64,000 nucleotides of DNA from Macrostomum lignano (lineage: Eukaryota), in contig NIVC01001739.1 in assembly GCA_002269645.1 (NCBI GenBank), positions 8,462 to 72,461 of the forward strand, in the 5' to 3' direction. Shown piece by piece: positions 1-26,309 of this stretch; the stretch's first letter is position 1, and every line of letters starts with the position of its first letter. Under the pieces are notes generated by a model that made no database searches, was not told the DNA's origin, and saw only the letters and a program-made list of their open reading frames with translations. The translations under genes and the position numbers were made by a program.

Positions 1-1624
1 GATATAGCAGATATCCTAGTTCGGAATTCATGGAGTATTGTGTAGTGTATAAGTTTGTGCTCTGTTTTCTATAATTCATTCAGTTAGTCGTTCAAGTAGC
101 TGTTTTTTAACCATGTGCAGCGCGGAGTGTAATGGTGCATTCCATTACAGATACTGAAATTGTGTAACAATCTATATTCTTATGACTTAATCGGTACTAT
201 AATTACCTACTTACTATTCGGTAAGTTGAACTGGAGTCAGCTGTCATCTTATTGGAAGTCGAGAATTTACAACCGGATTAGGGGATCACCTGTTGGTTTT
301 GTAACACCAGGGATTAAGTAATGGATTAGGGGTCACCTGTCCCCCTAATTAGGGGTCACCTGTCAGCTGAACCAGAGGCTAAGAGGTAATAAAATAGCAA
401 ATTAATTTTCTGTTCTCTCCTTTCTGTTAGTTTTTTGCTTCAAGTCACGAGTTTTACTGTTTATTATTGTCAAGCACCGCTCACTGGGCCATTGGCAGAT
501 GCAGCTAATATTAGATGGTGCACGCGGCTCCATTAACATCATGGAGCATGAAATTGTCACTCGGATTTTTAATAAACAAACGAGCTTTAGCAATTAACAT
601 CATGGTTGTGAGTCATTGCTTTATATTATAAACTTGCCCCGCAACGCAGTTTCGTAACAAATTTCAAGAGTCACACAGCAGGTTGAAATTCTGTTTAACA
701 CTTCATCGCGAAAATATTTACTTGAAGTTGTTTATTTTTTTGAACATTTTTATGGCTGAAATCTTCTTATCCGGAATACTGCGTAATAGGCGAAATAGCT
801 CGTATGAATTTGTTTTCATTGAAAGTGCGAAAATTGACACGAAATAAATGACTTTTACCATAGACAGCCTCTCGGCAGTCAGCTTTGAGTAGCTGAGCGG
901 ATAACTTGCTGTGCGGCCCAGGGGGGGGGGGTTGTCGTGTCGTGAGAGAATAACCAGTTATCATTGCTTAATTAGTGCTAAAATTAATAATTATGGCAAT
1001 TTATAGTAGTGCTAAAAATCTAAAAAAACGTGTTGCATATTATTATGCCGGAACAGAAAGCAGTCCCTGACCCAGTCCCTGAGCATTACCTAACCTCAAC
1101 TCGTACCCTGTTTCTTAATATATTGCATCTGCACTAGATATTTTTGGATGCTAAATGCTGCTATTGTGCTTGATGTAGGGTTGAATCTAGGAGGGTCAGG
1201 CAGTTTTAGCCAGTTCGAGTTGGAGGAGTGAGTGAGCGCTCCATACACTCTGTCCTTCTTTGTCCGCCTCCTCCGCTGCCCCTTCCGAGTTTGCCAGACT
1301 AAAGCAGTGACGCATTGTGCAGTGATTGTCATTCTAAAAGAAGATCTGCTTATGCATATACCGGTAGCTTAATCATATAGGACTCAAGGGCCCATGACTC
1401 AAGCTCATCCTGACCTTATGAGTCCTATGACTACTCGCCTTGCGCTTAGATAGAGAGCTCATTACTAAAATTCAAGATTCCCGTGACCTACCAATTCTGG
1501 TGATATAAATAATGATTTTAAAATCTCATGACTCAAACGCAATGAGCTCATATCAATAAAGCATCGCCCTTGAGTCGTTTGACCGAACACACCGAACTCG
1601 GAGCTCAAGAATTATGACTCAAAT

Positions 1625-1803
1625 CATACATGTGCAACAGCCAATCCACAAAATACCCGAAAATACAGGCCTAATAGTACTGATTAGATGACGAGACATT
1701 TAGCCTCAACAGTACAGTTATAGTTACTCCTGCCGTTTACCCAAAATTACGTTAATTTTGCAAAGGTTTTTTTGAAGGTAAATCAGGAGGTTGCGCATGT
1801 ATG
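1625..1803 (-). mobile_element. Non-autonomous DNA transposon (MITE), 14-bp CATAC TIR family, P/hAT-type 8-bp TSD
   Basis: TIRs CATACATGTGCAAC (1625-1638) and GTTGCGCATGTATG (1790-1803). Perfect 8-bp TSD ACTCAAAT at 1617-1624 and 1804-1811. The interior aligns in reverse orientation with the element at 4981-5202. Confidence 0.85.
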
Positions 1804-1882
1804 ACTCAAATATATCCCCATAACACGTGAGTAAAACTCATAGAGCTCGTCATTCAAGTTATGAACACCCAATGATATCCTC

Positions 1883-4366
1883 ATGACTCAAACACTCCAT
1901 GCCACCGACAGAGCTGACTCAAATCGCACAGCGTCAACAACATCAGCTGCCGAGTTGCTCATGGAGCTGTCCCACTCCAGCACCCCGTCAACGGTGGAGT
2001 CCATGTCCGGCCCGCCGCCTCCCATCTCAACCGGAGCGTCAGGGATTTCTCTCACATCCGGTACGCGCTTCTTCAGCGCCGGTGGCGGCGCCAGCATGTT
2101 CCCGCAGCACCGGCCCGTGGCGGCAGCCGACAGCGAGATGTTCCACGACTTCCCTCGACCTGCGGCAACCAATTCGTCGCTTCTATTCGACAGCATGAAA
2201 TCCTTGCCGCCGCCGCCGCCGCCTTCGCAACTGCCGAGCCTGTTCCAGTCCCAGCTGCTGCTGCAGAAGTCGATGCCGCCGCCGCAAGCGGCACCGACCC
2301 TGACCCTGCCGTCTCCCATGCCGCCGCCGCCGCCGCCAATGCCACCGGCGTCTCAGCAGCAGCAGCAGCCGTCGTTCTATCGCAGTCCATTCGCTCGAGC
2401 CTCCCCGCCGCTGTGCCCCGGCCAGGACTCAGAGCTGTACGGGCCAGCCAGCTTCCAGAACGGCGGCGCCATCATGGTGCCGCCAACCATTGAGTCTGGC
2501 GAGCCCAGTCTGCAGAATCCGAAACAGTCCAAGCAGCAGGAGGTGCTCATGCTGGCTGAGCTGGGACAGCTGCCGCTGCCGGCTATGGAGAGTGAGTCGC
2601 TGTACAGACAGTAGATACAGACTGTTACAGGCAGTAGATACAGACTGTACAGACAGTAAATACAGACTGTACAGACAGTAGATACAGACTGTTACAGACA
2701 GTAGATACAGACTGTTACAGACAGTAGATACAGACTGTACAGACAGTAAATACAGACTGTACAGACAGTAGATACAGACTGTACCAACAGTAAATACAGA
2801 CAGTTCAACATATCGGTAGATACTGACTGAACATATCGGTAGGTACAAACTGTACACATTGGTAGATACAAACTGTACATATCGGTAGATAGACTGTAAA
2901 TATCGGCAGATACATTCTGTATATAACGGTAGGTACAAACTGCACATATTAGTAGATACAGACCGTACATATCGGTAGATACAGACTGTACATATTGGTG
3001 GTACAACTACATATCGGTAGATACAGACTACATATCGGTAGACAGACTGCAAACAACTTTGCAACAATGTACAAATCTCGCACCCCGCAGGCTGGGATCC
3101 GAAGCAGCGGATGTTCTGGCTGAAGTGCATGCTCACCAAGCACCTGCACCAGCCGAATCCGGCTGAGCTGGCAGAGCGAGTACAGAAGCTGCGCATGGTG
3201 GAGACCTGCATCAGGGCTCAGCCGAACACGCCGCTAGAGAGCTATATAAACATATTTGGCGAAATCTTTGACAAGCGAATCGCTTTGAAGTTGCAATACG
3301 AGCTTGATGCCTGGAAGCAAGGTGCTCATTGTTAATGAATAGGAAATTTCCGGCTTTGCTTTCTTAGAATTGAAGTTTTATGCATTTTTAACTCCGCATC
3401 ATATCTGAATTGCAGTCTGCGACAGCATTCCAATGAAAATGACCAACGCCAGCTACCTGGGTAAGCGATTTAAACAAATAAAATTTGTTGTTAACTTGCA
3501 TGATTTGTTTATCTGAGGTCAAATGAAGGTCAACATTGAGCAGTTCGAAAATTCATAAAAAGCATTAAAGCATTTAAAGCTCCAATTGAAGGGATTGGCG
3601 TAGAGAAACCGGGACCCAATGCTTCAGACTCGAGGCTCCATTTTAGAGCCTTTGGTTCACATGAAATCCCCATTTATCCCATTTCTCCCCATAGAGATCC
3701 CCAAATGCTAAAATTTTCGATTTTAGGCACAAAGGGAATTTAAGAAAAAACCGCAAAACCCCGAAAACTCCGATCCCGACAGCCTAAAGGTCAAAGGTCA
3801 AAGTCGAACGTTGAGATTATTTTGTAGCCCAAAGATTAATCTCATTTTTTTGCTATTCCTGAAGGCTACAAAGGTCAATGTTAAAAGTGCAATTCTTCCT
3901 GAAGGTAATTGTAAGTGTGACATTGTGGGCAAATAATTTTCGCAAGAAGTTCATGCACAGCCTGAACCGCCAATTACATTAATTGAACTCAGCCGCGTCG
4001 CCGGAGAAAGTTGGCGGCGATCACCTGTGGGAGCACATCCTCCGGCTGCTGATGAATGAGGATCCCACAGTGGAGTGGCTGAACATCCAGGAGGGCCTGT
4101 TCCGATTCGTTGACAGCAGCGGCGCGGCCCGGTCGTGGGGCATGACCAAGGGCAACATGAACATGAGCTACGAAAAGATGAGTCGCAGCATCCGCCAGTA
4201 CTACACAGACGACAAGAACGGCTTGATCCAGAAGGCCACCGAGTACCCCAAGCTGCACTACAGGTTCAACATGTTCCACCCCGAGGTGGTGTCATTCTTG
4301 AAGAAGAACTTCATGGAGGTCTGCCAAAGGCACGCCTTCCTGTGCACTGTGGTCAACTCCATGTGA
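1883..4366 (+). CDS. ETS-family transcription factor, SPDEF/Ets98B-like; 4 coding exons, about 452 aa
   Basis: Exons 1883-2591, 3091-3321, 3416-3460 and 3993-4366 join through GT-AG introns, all phase 1 (donors GTGAGT 2592, GTGCTC 3322, GTAAGC 3461), giving 1359 nt open frame. The last exon encodes an ETS domain (HLWEHILRLL...WLN...FRFVDS..AARSWG..K...MSYEKMSRSIRQYY...KLHYRF); SRSIRQYY is the SPDEF-type recognition helix. The N-terminus is Pro/Gln/Ser-rich. Confidence 0.88.
2600..3050. repeat. About 22-nt minisatellite (GTAGATACAGACTGTACAGACA) in ETS intron 1
   Basis: Tandem copies that degenerate toward the 3' end; source of the overlapping spurious ORFs at 2429-3211. Confidence 0.85.
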
Positions 4367-4650
4367 GGCGGGAAAATTGCCACCAGCCAAACTTTGACTT
4401 CACTCTTCACCCTTAGAACAGGAGTTTCCCTTCACACCTCCGCCAGCCCAGCGAATTGATGTACTCGTAATGTACTCTCATCTGCGACACCTCCCTAGAC
4501 ATCGAAATCCAGAATTTTTAGTTGAAATCTTGTCTAAATATTCTGAAGAATGCCAACTTGCAGATGTATAGATGCGGTAAGACTTTGTAAATCAGTAAGT
4601 ATACATTTATATGAATCCCATTCTTCCTCACTTGAAATCCAAACTGCCCG

Positions 4651-4656
4651 AATAAA
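4651..4656 (+). promoter_or_regulatory. Probable polyadenylation signal of the ETS gene
   Basis: AATAAA about 285 nt downstream of the TGA at 4364-4366. Confidence 0.5.
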
Positions 4657-4980
4657 ACGCGTATGACATGAACACAGCCACAAATAACTACCCTCACAAC
4701 ACAACGTTGACAGCTAAAATCAGATTCTATATTACCTAGATGTTACTCCAGAATTCGCTAGATGTATTTAGCGCCCGTCTCCGAGGCCCCGAAAATCCAG
4801 GGGTTAGGGCCACAGACACCAACTGCTAATGTCTTGACAGCAGCAGAAGCTATAGTCTATGGTTCAGGCAGATTATGTCATGCGCGTTTTACCAAGGCAA
4901 CCATTGCGAGCCCTCCCCCTCCACAATTAAGTTACTGCCCTTAGTTACCGCCAAATGTACATGTACGCTACTGTTCATTC

Positions 4981-5202
4981 CATACATGCGCAACTTACAT
5001 GTGAAAAAACCCTAAAGCAAAAGCAACTTTGGGTAAACAGCAGGAGGAACTATTACTGTATTATTTAGCCAAAATGCCTCGTCAGCTACTTAGTATTACT
5101 ACTTAAGGTGTTTTTTCGGGTGGGCATTTTTGCGACTTCCTTGGTTGGCCGCCAAATCGGTCGGCCGGATCGGCCGGCTCGGCTGACTGTTGCGCATGTA
5201 TG
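4981..5202 (+). mobile_element. MITE, second copy of the CATAC-TIR family
   Basis: TIRs CATACATGCGCAAC (4981-4994) and GTTGCGCATGTATG (5189-5202). Perfect 8-bp TSD GTTCATTC at 4973-4980 and 5203-5210. Shares the internal motif TTTGGGTAAAC.GCAGGAG.AACTAT with the 1625-1803 element. Confidence 0.85.
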
Positions 5203-5544
5203 GTTCATTCGCTCACTACATGTAATTTCCTGACCGAAGGTTCTGAACGAACACCAGTGCTTGACACGGCTCTCGACTTGACTCGTCATTGCCGACTTAT
5301 TATATTTATTTCAACTGCGAGACTAAACATGTAGAGTACAGGTAGTTTTGCGTTAAAGTATATGCGTACTATTTTGTATTCCGCGCAATTTGCACCCGGA
5401 ATCTTCGCGTGTGCCTTTCCTGCCGCTAAACCGACCGCGATTGGTGAGGCTTGTTTGCGTCGCGCTCCCCGCTTCCTTCCATACAATGCAACTCATTCGG
5501 ACTTGCGGTGTGGCCCGAGGAGCTGCCTCTGAGTTTGTCTCCGT

Positions 5545-5682
5545 CTGTCTGTCTTGTCTGTCTGTCTGTCTGTCCGCCTGTCTGTCTGCCTGTCTGCCTT
5601 AGTGTCTTGTCTGTCTGTCTGTCTGCCTGTCTGCCTTAGTGTCTTGTCTGTCTGTCTGTCTGTCTGCCTGTCTGCCTTAGTG

Positions 5683-5715
<33 letters not shown>

Positions 5716-6415
5716 CCTGTCTTAGTGTCTGTCTGTCTGTCTTAGTGTCTGTCTGTCTGTCTGTCTTAGTATCTTGTCTGTCTGTCTGTCTTAGTGTCTG
5801 TCTGTCTGTCTTAGTGTCTGTCTGTCTGTCCGTCTGTCTTAGTGTCTGTCTGTCTGTCCGTCTGTCTTAGTGTCTTGTCTGTCTGCCTGTCTTAGTATCT
5901 GTCTGTCTGTCTGTCTTAGTATCTTGTCTGTCTGCCTGTCTTAGTATCTTGTCTGTCTGCCTGTCTGTCTGCCTGTCTTAGTGTCTGTCTGTCTGTCTTA
6001 GTGTCTGTCTGTCTGTCCGTCTGTCTTAGTGTCTGTCTGTCTGTCTGTCTGTCTTAGTATCTGTCTGTCTGTCTGTCTTAGTATCTTGTCTGTCTGTCTG
6101 TCTTAGTGTCTGTCTGTCTGTCTTAGTGTCTGTCTGTCTGTCCGTCTGTCTTAGTGTCTGTCTGTCTGTCCGTCTGTCTTAGTGTCTTGTCTGTCTGCCT
6201 GTCTTAGTATCTGTCTGTCTGTCTGTCTTAGTATCTTGTCTGTCTGCCTGTCTTAGTATCTTGTCTGTCTGTCTGTCTTAGTGTCTGTCTGTCCGTCTGT
6301 CTGTCTGTCCGTCTGTCTTAGTGTCTTGTCTGTCTGCCTGTCTTAGTGTCTGTCTGCCTGTCTTAGTATCTTGTGTGTCTACCTATCTTAGTGTCTTGTC
6401 TATCTGTCTGTCTGC
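5545..6415. repeat. (TCTG)n microsatellite interspersed with TCTTAGTG, with internal block duplication
   Basis: Directly visible; gives the VCLS-repeat ORFs. Confidence 0.95.
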
Positions 6416-7254
6416 CTACGTGTCGCAGCCGACCAAGAAGCCCCACCCAACAGCGAAATCAACTGTAGTTATGCGTCCCTTCTCAGGTAGACAAAGCTGT
6501 TGCTGAATTAGCAAGTTTGAATTCCGCATTGTATCCCATGCTAAACATTCACTGTGAGAGCATTACTAACGCAAACCTGTCGCTAACTCCCATCATTATT
6601 AAAGCTGTTTGGTTTAGCAATGGTTCATTTATGAGAAGCGTAAATCCTTGTTACGAAAATGATTTATCAAAAATTGTTCTTTTCTCCTTCGAAATGCGAG
6701 CTTCCCAATGCGACATTCTGGATTTGTTTTGGTTTCATTTTTGAGCACCAGATCGCGAGTTGAATATATTCTATATATGCATATTATTAGTATAAATAAA
6801 TTTGTCAAATCACACGAGTCCAGGAGTTCAACATTTCAATGTACTTTACGGCTTTGAATTGGATTTCTGTACTTAAAATCTAAATAGTAATCTAAATAGT
6901 AAATAAAATCATTAGCATTGTATTTGCAATGAATATTAGTAATTATACACATTAATAATCAATAGATTTAGAATAATCAATTTTGTGGAACAAAAAACTC
7001 TCGCAGGACTTCCAGCCTGTTCAGTAAACGGTTGCAAATATTGCAGGTTATAACAAGCAAATCTGTTAGATATTGCGGTGCATGCCCAGATAAGTTGACT
7101 GGTTATTCATTTTTAATGATTCTGTTTTTTAACAGTCAGTCGTTTGGCGAACACAAATTGCACTGCTTGTTTTAATGCGATACGAATAACACAAATATAA
7201 CATCGGAGAGTGTGCGGCGTTGCTGCGATGGAGAGAATGGAGGCATACTAAATT

Positions 7255-9120
7255 AGTGACAGGCAGATAGACAGACACGGATAGAGGTGGACAGGCAGGT
7301 GAACAGACACAGATAGAGGTGGCCAGACACGGATAGAGGTGGACAGGTAGGTGGACAGACACGGATAGAGATGGACAGGCAGGTGGACAGGTAGGTGGAC
7401 AGACACGGATAGAGATGGACAGGTAGGTGGCCAGACACGGACAGAGGTGGACAGGCAGGTGGACAGGCAGGTGGACAGACACGGATAGAGGTGGACAGGC
7501 AGGTGGACAGACACGGATAGAGGTGGCCAGACACGGACAGAGGTGGACAGGTAGGTGGACAGGTAGGTGGACAGACACAGATAGAGGTGGACAGGCAGGT
7601 GGACAGGTAGGTGGACAGACACGGACAGAGGTGGACAGGAAGGTGGACAGGCAGGTGGACAGACACGGATACAGGTGGACAGGCAGGTGGACAGACACGG
7701 ATAGAGGTGGACAGGTAGGTGGACAGACACGGACAGAGGTGAACAGGCAGGTGGACAGACACGGATAGAGGTGGACAGGCAGGTGGACAGACACGGATAG
7801 AGGTGGCCAGACACGGATAGAGGTGGACAGGCAGGTGGACAGACACGGAAAGAGGTGGACAGGCAGGTGAACAGACACAGATAGAGGTGGCCAGACACGG
7901 ATAGAGGTGGACAGGTAGGTGAACAGACACAGATAGAGGTGGCCAGACACGGATAGAGGTGGACAGGTAGGTGGACAGACACGGATAGAGGTGGACAGGT
8001 AGGTGGACAGACACGGACAGAGGTGAACAGGCAGGTGGACAGACACGGATAGAGATAGACAGGTAGGTGGACAGACACGGATAGAGATGGACAGGTAGGT
8101 GGCCAGACACGGACAGAGGTGGACAGGTAGGTGGACAGACACGGATAGTGATGGACAGGTAGGTGGACAGACACGGATAGAGATGGACAGGTAGGTGGAC
8201 AGACACGGATAGAGATGGACAGGTAGGTGGACAGACACAGATAGAGGTGGACAGACACGGATACAGGTGAACAGGTAGGTGGACAGACACGGATAGAGAT
8301 GGACAGGTAGGTGGACAGACACGGATAGAGGTGGACAGGTAGGTGGACAGACACGGATAGAGATGGACAGGCAGGTGGCCAGACACGGACAGAGGTGGAC
8401 AGACAGGTGGCCAGACACGGATAGAGATGAAGAGACAGGTGGACAGACACGGATAGAGGTGGACAGGCAGGTGGACAGACACGGATAGAGGTGGACAGGC
8501 AGGTGGACAGACACGGATAGAGGTGGCCAGACACGGACAGAGGTGGACAGGTAGGTGGACAGACACAGATAGAGGTGGACAGGCAGGTGGACAGGTAGGT
8601 AGACAGACACGGATAGAGATGGACAGGTAGGTGGCCAGACACGGACAGAGGTGGACAGGCAGGTGGACAGGCAGGTGGACAGACACGGATAGAGGTGGAC
8701 AGGCAGGTGGACAGACACGGATAGAGGTGGCCAGACACGGACAGAGGTGGACAGGAAGGTGGACAGGCAGGTGGACAGACACGGATACAGGTGGACAGAC
8801 AGGTGGACAGACACGGATACAGGTGGACAGGTAGGTGGACAGACACGGATAGAGGTGGACAGACACGGACAGAGGTGGACAGGCAGGTGGACAGACACGG
8901 ATAGAGGTGGACAGACACGGATACAGGTGGACAGGTAGGTGGACAGACACGGATAGAGGTGGACAGGTAGGTGGACAGGTAGGTGGACAAACAGGTGGAC
9001 AGACACGGATAGAGGTGGACAGACACGGATAGAGGTGGACAGACACGGACAGAGGTGGACAGGCAGGTGGACAGACACAGATAGAGGTGGACAGACAGGT
9101 GGACAGACACGGATAGAGAT
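7255..9120. repeat. Composite minisatellite of 20-nt (GGACAGACACGGATAGAGGT) and 12-nt (GGACAGGCAGGT) modules
   Basis: About 1.9 kb tandem array between the converging ETS and STIM genes; gives the 600-aa low-complexity ORFs in three frames. Confidence 0.95.
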
Positions 9121-9552
9121 GAAGAGAGTGAGACCAGTTTTAAAACATCAGACATTCTGATTCAGAAATCGCAAAACATTTTTGCAACCGAAAAGGCAAG
9201 GCAGCAACAGCCGGCATGAAATACTAACTGGTTAAGCTGACAGGAAATCCGGTTAAAACAGACTGCCGCACCAAGATTGGGCAAATCTCCGAGATCAAAA
9301 TTAAAATGAAGAAAATGCGCAATAGAAAAATTTCATAGCATAAAACGACACAAGCTAGTGAGAGTAGTACTGTCGGCGTTTGTTCATTATAAAAGAACGA
9401 GATCAGGAAAGCGACAGTTGCAGACACCAGCTGAGGACTAGCATGAGAATCACAGACTGATTCAGCCAATGCAGCTGCTAAAAACAGTCCATATTGACAC
9501 AATTAAAAACCCAATTTCTAAATCCATACGGCCGCATCGAACTGCGCCAGAC

Positions 9553-23673
<14,121 letters not shown>

Positions 23674-25334
23674 GCAATCATATTTTTATAAAATTGATTA
23701 AATAATAATATAAATTCTTATAAAAATATATTGATTTATATATACAGCTAAAATTATTAATTAAACTTATGATTCATATATTATGGAAATGTAATTTATA
23801 TTGTGGACATATTATTGACATTTACTAAGTTTACCTATTTATACTCATAGTTTTTTTCTACAAAAAATGCAATATACATTTTTGTATATTTTGTATATAC
23901 AAAATTTACAATACTTTTTTTGTATCTTTTTGAATACAAAAATTCAAAAAGATATAGAAAATATTTTAAAAACATGTTCTGTCTTTTTTCTATTCACTAT
24001 TTTTTTTATTGTTTTATTCATATATTCTCAAAATTTTGGTGCTTAATCAATCAGTTTTCCAACATACATTGCTTTAGACATCCTGTTGGCTAGGGTAGCT
24101 AGTTATTTATCATTTTGTTAATAATGGAATAAGGACTAATAATGAACACTGCATATTAATTTATTATATATTGTATTATAAATACAATATTAAGTTATTA
24201 GAACGTAGCTTGTCTAATTTATAAATAATAAGAAAACAGAAGCTAAATTAGCAAAAATCTATAATTAATGATTTGATTTTCTGTTGGTTTGTAAAGTATT
24301 GTAATAATGACCTGATTTAGTTTAGTGTTAAATAGATGCAAATTTGACCATAAGCTTTAAGATTATTGAAGATTCAAATATCAGAATGCAAAAACCTAGC
24401 TTGAATATGCAACTAACTAGAAATAGGATTGAGTATGAGCTATGAGCAATGCCATGTATCTACTCCTAACTCTTGGGTTTTTTGCTAGTTGCTAGTACTA
24501 AGATGCAAAATTGCATCCAAGGTTCAATTAGAGGATGCAAATTAAAAAGTCAAGACGCATTCCTATTGAAAATTTGCATAAAAAATAAACAGGCTAGGTT
24601 TAGGCCCTACTCTCTTTCTCACTCTTTTTCTATTCCATTCTATTCCATTCTCATTTTAAAACTTTACTAGACTATATTGACTAGGCCTATCTTTGGACAA
24701 GTGCAAGTTGTTTTAGTAATGATTTTTTAAATGTTTTAGTGACAAATACAAGTTCTTTTTGGTAACAAGTTGCTTCTCTGACAAACACTGCATTGTGGTA
24801 AAAAATGAGAGATTTGGTAAGTTGTCACTTCAGTAATGGGAGGTGCTTTATAAATATCACTTTGTAGTCATTTTGTTAACATTTATGTTTGTATACTTCT
24901 AAAACTCCTTCAAAAGATCAATAGGCCTAGGCCCTATACATTATTTATTTAGAATAGAAAATCAAAGTTCTAATTATCAATATTTTAATAATAGACCTAC
25001 TTCTATTACCTATAACCTATACCTAGGTTTATTTAATAGTACGTAAAAATAACGTAATTATCTGGTCCTTTTACTGAGCCCATGACACTTTAGGATTAAT
25101 TACGAGCGTAATTGACTTCACATAAGAATAAGTAGTAGTAGTAACTTTGGCTCATTTCGTTGTATAATTCGACGAAAAAGTGTAATTTAAAAAAGTGCGG
25201 TGATTTAAGGGAGATTATGTTTTAGTTACAACAAAACTAACTAAAGTTTAGTCTTTATTTATGTACATAAATATAAATCTATAAATAATATAAGATTAAT
25301 TACATTAGAATAGCTAATAATGTTAAATTATTAG

Positions 25335-25530
25335 CAGGAACTGCGGAACGAGTTTTTGCCTGGGCCGGGCAGGACCAAGTTTCCGAAACTCAAGCCCAGA
25401 CCCTGTCTTGGACAGTGACCAAGAATTTGAGCAAAATTATGCTGTTGAACGGTATTTGAGGGGGGCAATGCCCCCCCCCCCCCAAATCAATGTCAGGGGG
25501 GGGCGCTGCCCCCCTGTTCCGCGGCGCAAT
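25335..25530. mobile_element. Degenerate MITE-like element
   Basis: GC-rich island in AT-rich DNA. Left end CAGGAACTGCGGAAC partly mirrored by GTTCCGCGGCGC; G/C-run interior like the 26017 element; no TSD found. Confidence 0.35.
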
Positions 25531-26016
25531 TAGGCTTAATAAGTTTCTTTGGCACATTAAAAATACATATAGCAATACAGCCATATAGCCATCATATAGC
25601 CATATGCAATTTCATGTTATCAACAAAGTGGTAAACTAACCTTTTAAATTATGTAAGCCATTTTTCCTCTAATCGATTACATAGATCTTACCTATACCCA
25701 ACAGACCGTTTGTAGTATATAGGATTTGCAAATGGATCATTAACCATGCAATTCACCGAAGTCTACTTTAAACAAAAATCAAATTAAAATAAGAACATAA
25801 ATCGTAAATTAAGTTTTTGCAGTACGATTCGTTTTAACATGTACATGTAGGTGAATCGGCCATACCTATACACATATTTTATGAACTCAAAATATACAAT
25901 CAACAAAAGTATTGTTACTGTCAATGTATCAATGCATCTCATTTCGGCTTCGGCTTTAATTTTTTTCAACGCGTGTACTTAATTATTAGCACGAAAGCCT
26001 TGTGCAGACACTTAAG

Positions 26017-26309
26017 CAGGTGCGTCGCCACCGGGGGGGGGGAATGTCCCCAGTAAAAGCTATTGGGGGACATGCCAACGCTTTGTGTCCCCCACCCCCA
26101 CCTTGTGACCCGTTGTGGCAAATTTTTCTTTCGGGTGCCAAAATATAGCGACTTCGGCGCCAAAACGAGTGCCTGCGGCGCCAAAATGAGTTCATGCGGA
26201 GCCAAAATGAGTGCCTGCGGCGCCAAAATGAGCGCTGACAACACCGATTCTCAAACTAATGGACATGTAGCCTTGTCCCTCCACTACAAAATCCATGGCG
26301 AGGCCCCTG
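26017..26309. mobile_element. hAT-type MITE (CAG...CTG termini)
   Basis: TIRs CAGGTGCGTCGCCA and TGGCGAGGCCCCTG (12/14 match); flanks CACTTAAG and CACTAAGT form an imperfect 8-bp TSD. Confidence 0.7.

Noticed and set aside
402-1332. Short ORFs at the window start
   Set aside because: No recognisable motifs and no phase-consistent exon chain could be built.
7129-9155. 597-649-aa ORFs (VCPPTCPPLSVSVHLP repeats)
   Set aside because: Open in three frames on one strand because the satellite lacks stops; not protein-coding.
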